Made by a program: the position numbers and the translations under genes
Shown here: positions 46,753 through 49,853 of the stretch, piece after piece
Numbering within the stretch: the first letter of the stretch is position 1
Layout: every line of letters starts with the position of its first letter
Notes under the pieces: generated by a model
Databases searched by the model: none
What the model was told of the DNA's origin: nothing
The model's input: the letters and a program-made list of their open reading frames with translations, nothing else
From: an uncultured Bacilli bacterium
GTDB lineage: Bacteria; Bacillota_I; Bacilli_A; RF39; UBA660
NCBI GenBank assembly: GCA_944358255.1
Contig: CALVQQ010000003.1
Coordinates: 1-49,853 of the forward strand
Direction: 5' to 3'
DNA length: 49,853 bases

Positions 46753-47700
46753 CTATTTAACATAATATTCATAATATTCATCAAAAGTCAGACCCTTATC
46801 ATGAATTTGAAGTGCCGCATTTCTTCCAACATATCTAAATCTCCAATTATTAGCTTCAAATCCAGTAATATCCTCTTTACCCTCTTCATATCTTAAAATA
46901 AAACCATACTTATAAGCATTACTCATCAACCACTCATGTTCAGCACTCATTGTAACATCCTCTACCTTTTTATTATAAGGTTCAATATCAACCCCAAGAC
47001 CAGTTTGATATTCAGAATGTCCAGGTCTAGCCACAAATTCATCTGCCTCACTAGTACTATAAGAACTCTTATAATTATTATATGTTTCTTCTTGGTCAGC
47101 ATAACTTCTATAACCTTGAGTAACTACCAAAGTAAAACCATCATCCCTAGCAGCATCTAATAAACCAATCAAATCATCATACATACTAGTACTAACATAT
47201 TTATTTGCATAAGCATACGTACTAGAAACCAACACAAGTTCAGGTTCATAATCACTAGGCAACCCATAAAACTTATTAACGATCATCAAATTTCCTTTAG
47301 AAACATCAGTTTCTTCGACATCTTCATACCAATCCCTATTCGCACCGACATTAACAACAGCAATAACTTTATCAATAGAAGCACCACTATTATTATTACT
47401 ATATTCCATATACTGATCTAATTTATCAAAATCAAAATATTCCTCATTTAATAATTCTATATATTTTGAATCATATTCTTTATTTAACAAAATATCCAAT
47501 TGAGAACTATCTAATTTTTCTTTTAAAACAGAAATCTCATCTAAACTATACCCTATTTGTCCAAACTTATATTCATAAGTTTCCTTTTCTTTTTTATCAT
47601 CCGCATATTTCTTAAAACCAAAAACAATAACTAAAATTATTATTAAAATTAAAACTATAGCTATAACTACTTTTTTAATATTTAACTTTTTAACAGTCAT
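46753..47700 (-). CDS. VanY/LdcB-like M15B D,D- or L,D-carboxypeptidase homologue with substituted zinc ligands
   Basis: 315 aa. N-terminal TM anchor. Family blocks QGYRSYADQ, ARPGHSEYQTGLGVD, YGFILRYEEGKEDITGFEANNWRFRYVG. The canonical SEHQTG His reads Y, and the WH(x)RYVG His reads R. Confidence 0.8.
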   Translation of the reverse strand: MTVKKLNIKKVVIAIVLILIIILVIVFGFKKYADDKKEKETYEYKFGQIGYSLDEISVLKEKLDSSQLDILLNKEYDSKYIELLNEEYFDFDKLDQYMEYSNNNSGASIDKVIAVVNVGANRDWYEDVEETDVSKGNLMIVNKFYGLPSDYEPELVLVSSTYAYANKYVSTSMYDDLIGLLDAARDDGFTLVVTQGYRSYADQEETYNNYKSSYSTSEADEFVARPGHSEYQTGLGVDIEPYNKKVEDVTMSAEHEWLMSNAYKYGFILRYEEGKEDITGFEANNWRFRYVGRNAALQIHDKGLTFDEYYEYYVK

Positions 47701-47780
47701 ATCTTATCTCCTTATGATTAATTATAGCAAATTTTCAAATTTTTAACAATATAATGTATAATTATATTGGTGATAAAATT

Positions 47781-48617
47781 ATGACAAAATTGTTAAGTGG
47801 AATTGAATGCAGAAATAAACTTAAGGAAAAATTAACAAAAAAAATAAACAAAATAAAAGAGAAAATTACCATAACTGTAATAAGTGTTGGAAATGACGAA
47901 GCAAGTAAAATTTACATTAAGAATAAAATAAAAGAATGTCAAAGTGTAAACATAGAATGTCAACATTTACATTTTGAAAAAACAACAACGAATGAATTAA
48001 TAAACCTAATTACAAAATTAAACAAAGACAAAAATATAACTGGAATACTAGTACAATTACCACTACCTAAAAACATAGAAGAAAATAAAGTTATAAACAC
48101 AATAGATTACAAAAAAGACATAGATGGATTAACAAAATCAAACATTGCAAAACTTTATTCAAATCAAAAAGGAATTATTCCATGCACTGCAAAAGGAATC
48201 ATAGATTTATTAGAATATAATAAAATAGAGATAGAAGGGAAAAATATCACAATAATCGGAAGAAGCAACTTAGTTGGAAAACCATTAACTTTAGCACTAT
48301 TAAACAAAAACGCTACAGTTACTACATGCCATTCAAAAACAAAAGATTTAAAAAAACACACAAAAAAGGCGGATATAATTATTGTAGCAGTTGGCAAACC
48401 CAATTTAATTAAAAAAGAAATGATTTCAAAAAATAGTATAATAATAGACGTCGGAATTAATAGAATAAACGGAAAAATTTCTGGAGATATAGATAAATCA
48501 GTTTACAAAAAATGTAAAGCTATAACACCAGTTCCAGGAGGCGTAGGACCTATGACAGTCTACGAAGTTTTATCAAATACGCTAGAATGCTACGAATTAC
48601 AAAAAAACAAGAAATAA
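47781..48617 (+). CDS. folD: Bifunctional methylenetetrahydrofolate dehydrogenase/cyclohydrolase
   Basis: 278 aa from ATG 47781 (RBS GGTGA). ILVQLPLP, GRSNLVGKP, TPVPGGVGPMT. The ORF-track ATG at 47754 lies inside a TATAAT -10 box. Confidence 0.93.
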   Translation: MTKLLSGIECRNKLKEKLTKKINKIKEKITITVISVGNDEASKIYIKNKIKECQSVNIECQHLHFEKTTTNELINLITKLNKDKNITGILVQLPLPKNIEENKVINTIDYKKDIDGLTKSNIAKLYSNQKGIIPCTAKGIIDLLEYNKIEIEGKNITIIGRSNLVGKPLTLALLNKNATVTTCHSKTKDLKKHTKKADIIIVAVGKPNLIKKEMISKNSIIIDVGINRINGKISGDIDKSVYKKCKAITPVPGGVGPMTVYEVLSNTLECYELQKNKK

Positions 48618-48634
48618 AAATTTTCTTGTCTTTT
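48608..48634. terminator. Bidirectional terminator between convergent folD and thrS
   Basis: Stem CAAGAAA/TTTCTTG (48608-48628) flanked by an A-run upstream and TCTTTT downstream. Confidence 0.6.
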
Positions 48635-49853
48635 AAATATTTCTAGTTCTATCTTTAATTGCAGCTAAAACTAACTTAGTAAATTCATCAAAAGCAATAT
48701 TTTCAGTTTCATTTACCCCATATTTACGAACATTAACAAAATTACTTTCTTTTTCATTGTCACCTATAACTAAAGTAATTGGAATTTTTTTTGTTTGACT
48801 TTCTCTCATTTTATATCCAAGTTTTTCATCCCTATCATCTACTTCAGCTCTTAAACCCAAATCTAACAATTTATTTTTTATAGATAAAGCATAATCTAAA
48901 TGATAAGTATTATTAACAGGAATAATATTTATTTGTACAGGGCTTAGCCATAAAGGAAATGCACCAGCATAATGTTCAATTAAAATTCCAATAAATCTTT
49001 CAATAGATCCATAAATAACCCTATGAAGCATAATTGGCTCACGTTTTTCACCATGCTCATCAATATAGAATAACTCAAATCTTTTTGGTAACTGCATATC
49101 CAATTGAATTGTTCCACACTGCCAAGGTCTACCCAAAGAATCATAAACCTTAAAATCCAATTTAGGTCCATAGAAAGCCCCATCACCAGGATTTAATTTA
49201 TATTCTTTTCCGGCATTCAAAACAGCATTTTTAAGAGCTTCTTCAGCCTTATCCCAAACACTAATTTCTCCAATAAACTTATCAAGTGGTCTAGTACTAA
49301 GTTCAATAGAATAACTAAGGCCAAAAACAGCATACATTCTATCAATAAACTTAATTAAATTAATTACTTCACTTTCAATATCTTCTTCTTTCATGAAAAT
49401 ATGAGCATCATCTTGAGTAAAAGTTCTAACTCTAAATAAACCACTTAATGCCCCACTTGCTTCATGTCTATGTACAAGCCCTAACTCACCTATTCTAAGT
49501 GGTAAATCTCTATAAGAATGTAAACTATTTTTATAAACTAACATTCCACCAGGGCAATTCATAGGTTTAATAGCAAATTCCCTACCATCAATTTCACTAG
49601 TATACATATTATCTTTATAATTTGCCCAGTGGCCACTTAATTCCCAAAGTTCTTTACTCAACATAGTTGGAGTTTTAATAAATTTATAATTTTCTTTCGT
49701 ATGTTCCTCATACCAAAAATTTTCAAGAATATTTCTAATTATCATGCCATTTGGCAACCAAAAAGGAAAACCAGGACCAAAATCACTAATCATAAACAAA
49801 TCAAGTTCTTTACCCAATTTCCTATGATCACGTTTTTTTGCCTCTTCTAAGAA
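48633..49853 (-). CDS. thrS: Threonine--tRNA ligase (partial; N-terminus outside the window)
   Basis: The frame stays open to the window edge: FLEEAKKRDHRKLGKELDLF... then class II motifs (HRHEASGALSGLFRVRTFTQDDAHIF). The ORF-track start at 49817 is an internal TTG (Leu). Confidence 0.93.
   Translation of the reverse strand, partial: FLEEAKKRDHRKLGKELDLFMISDFGPGFPFWLPNGMIIRNILENFWYEEHTKENYKFIKTPTMLSKELWELSGHWANYKDNMYTSEIDGREFAIKPMNCPGGMLVYKNSLHSYRDLPLRIGELGLVHRHEASGALSGLFRVRTFTQDDAHIFMKEEDIESEVINLIKFIDRMYAVFGLSYSIELSTRPLDKFIGEISVWDKAEEALKNAVLNAGKEYKLNPGDGAFYGPKLDFKVYDSLGRPWQCGTIQLDMQLPKRFELFYIDEHGEKREPIMLHRVIYGSIERFIGILIEHYAGAFPLWLSPVQINIIPVNNTYHLDYALSIKNKLLDLGLRAEVDDRDEKLGYKMRESQTKKIPITLVIGDNEKESNFVNVRKYGVNETENIAFDEFTKLVLAAIKDRTRNI

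Noticed and set aside
1-49853. Possible Mollicutes-type code (UGA = Trp), given the extreme AT-richness and the reduced-looking gene order.
   Set aside because: TGA closes well-defined ORFs at the expected protein ends (yvcK at 45794-45796, the ybxB-like methyltransferase at 15138-15140). All long conserved genes are intact under the standard code.

Overview
This is a strongly AT-rich chromosomal window from a low-GC Firmicute. It uses the standard genetic code: TGA ends ORFs here, for example the yvcK homologue and the ybxB-like methyltransferase, so it is not a code-4 Mollicute. The organism looks like a walled endospore former, because the window holds a CotE homologue, an FtsW/RodA/SpoVE-family protein and a VanY-like peptidase.

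Most of the window is housekeeping:
- secE-nusG-rplKAJL-(methyltransferase)-rpoBC
- frr-argS
- thiI / cysteine desulfurase / RNase J
- serS with a T-box leader
- uvrB, then truA with ecfT/A2/A1
- rpsP with a KH-domain gene
- metG, cotE, miaB
- yvcK, folD, and thrS (truncated at the window edge)

Two loci look accessory:
1. A Type III restriction-modification pair (mod/res) lies directly downstream of tRNA-Arg(CCU), at 461-4848.
2. A compact element of about 3.5 kb is integrated into the 3' end of tRNA-Ala(UGC). It is bounded by perfect 94-bp direct repeats at 42093-42186 and 45581-45674. It encodes a HUH rolling-circle Rep with a phiX174-like YxxKY motif, a divergent XRE/Xis-like switch, an orphan ORF and a tyrosine integrase. 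It carries no structural or transfer genes.

The tRNA-Ala element is the best candidate here for something under-described. It contains phased 11-bp repeats, an 11-mer shared between the att repeats and the switch promoter, and a hairpin followed by CTTGATA (a candidate double-strand origin) inside the rep ORF.

Other points worth a second look:
- Several conserved enzymes have substituted catalytic residues: RNase J, the VanY-like peptidase and both EcfA ATPases.
- Ribosomal protein L11 carries an acidic tail of about 60 aa.
- mraZ is detached from any dcw genes.
- A Y-family polymerase/YolD pair sits behind a LexA-box-like site.

All calls rest on reading the supplied translations and the DNA by eye. 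No database search was run.
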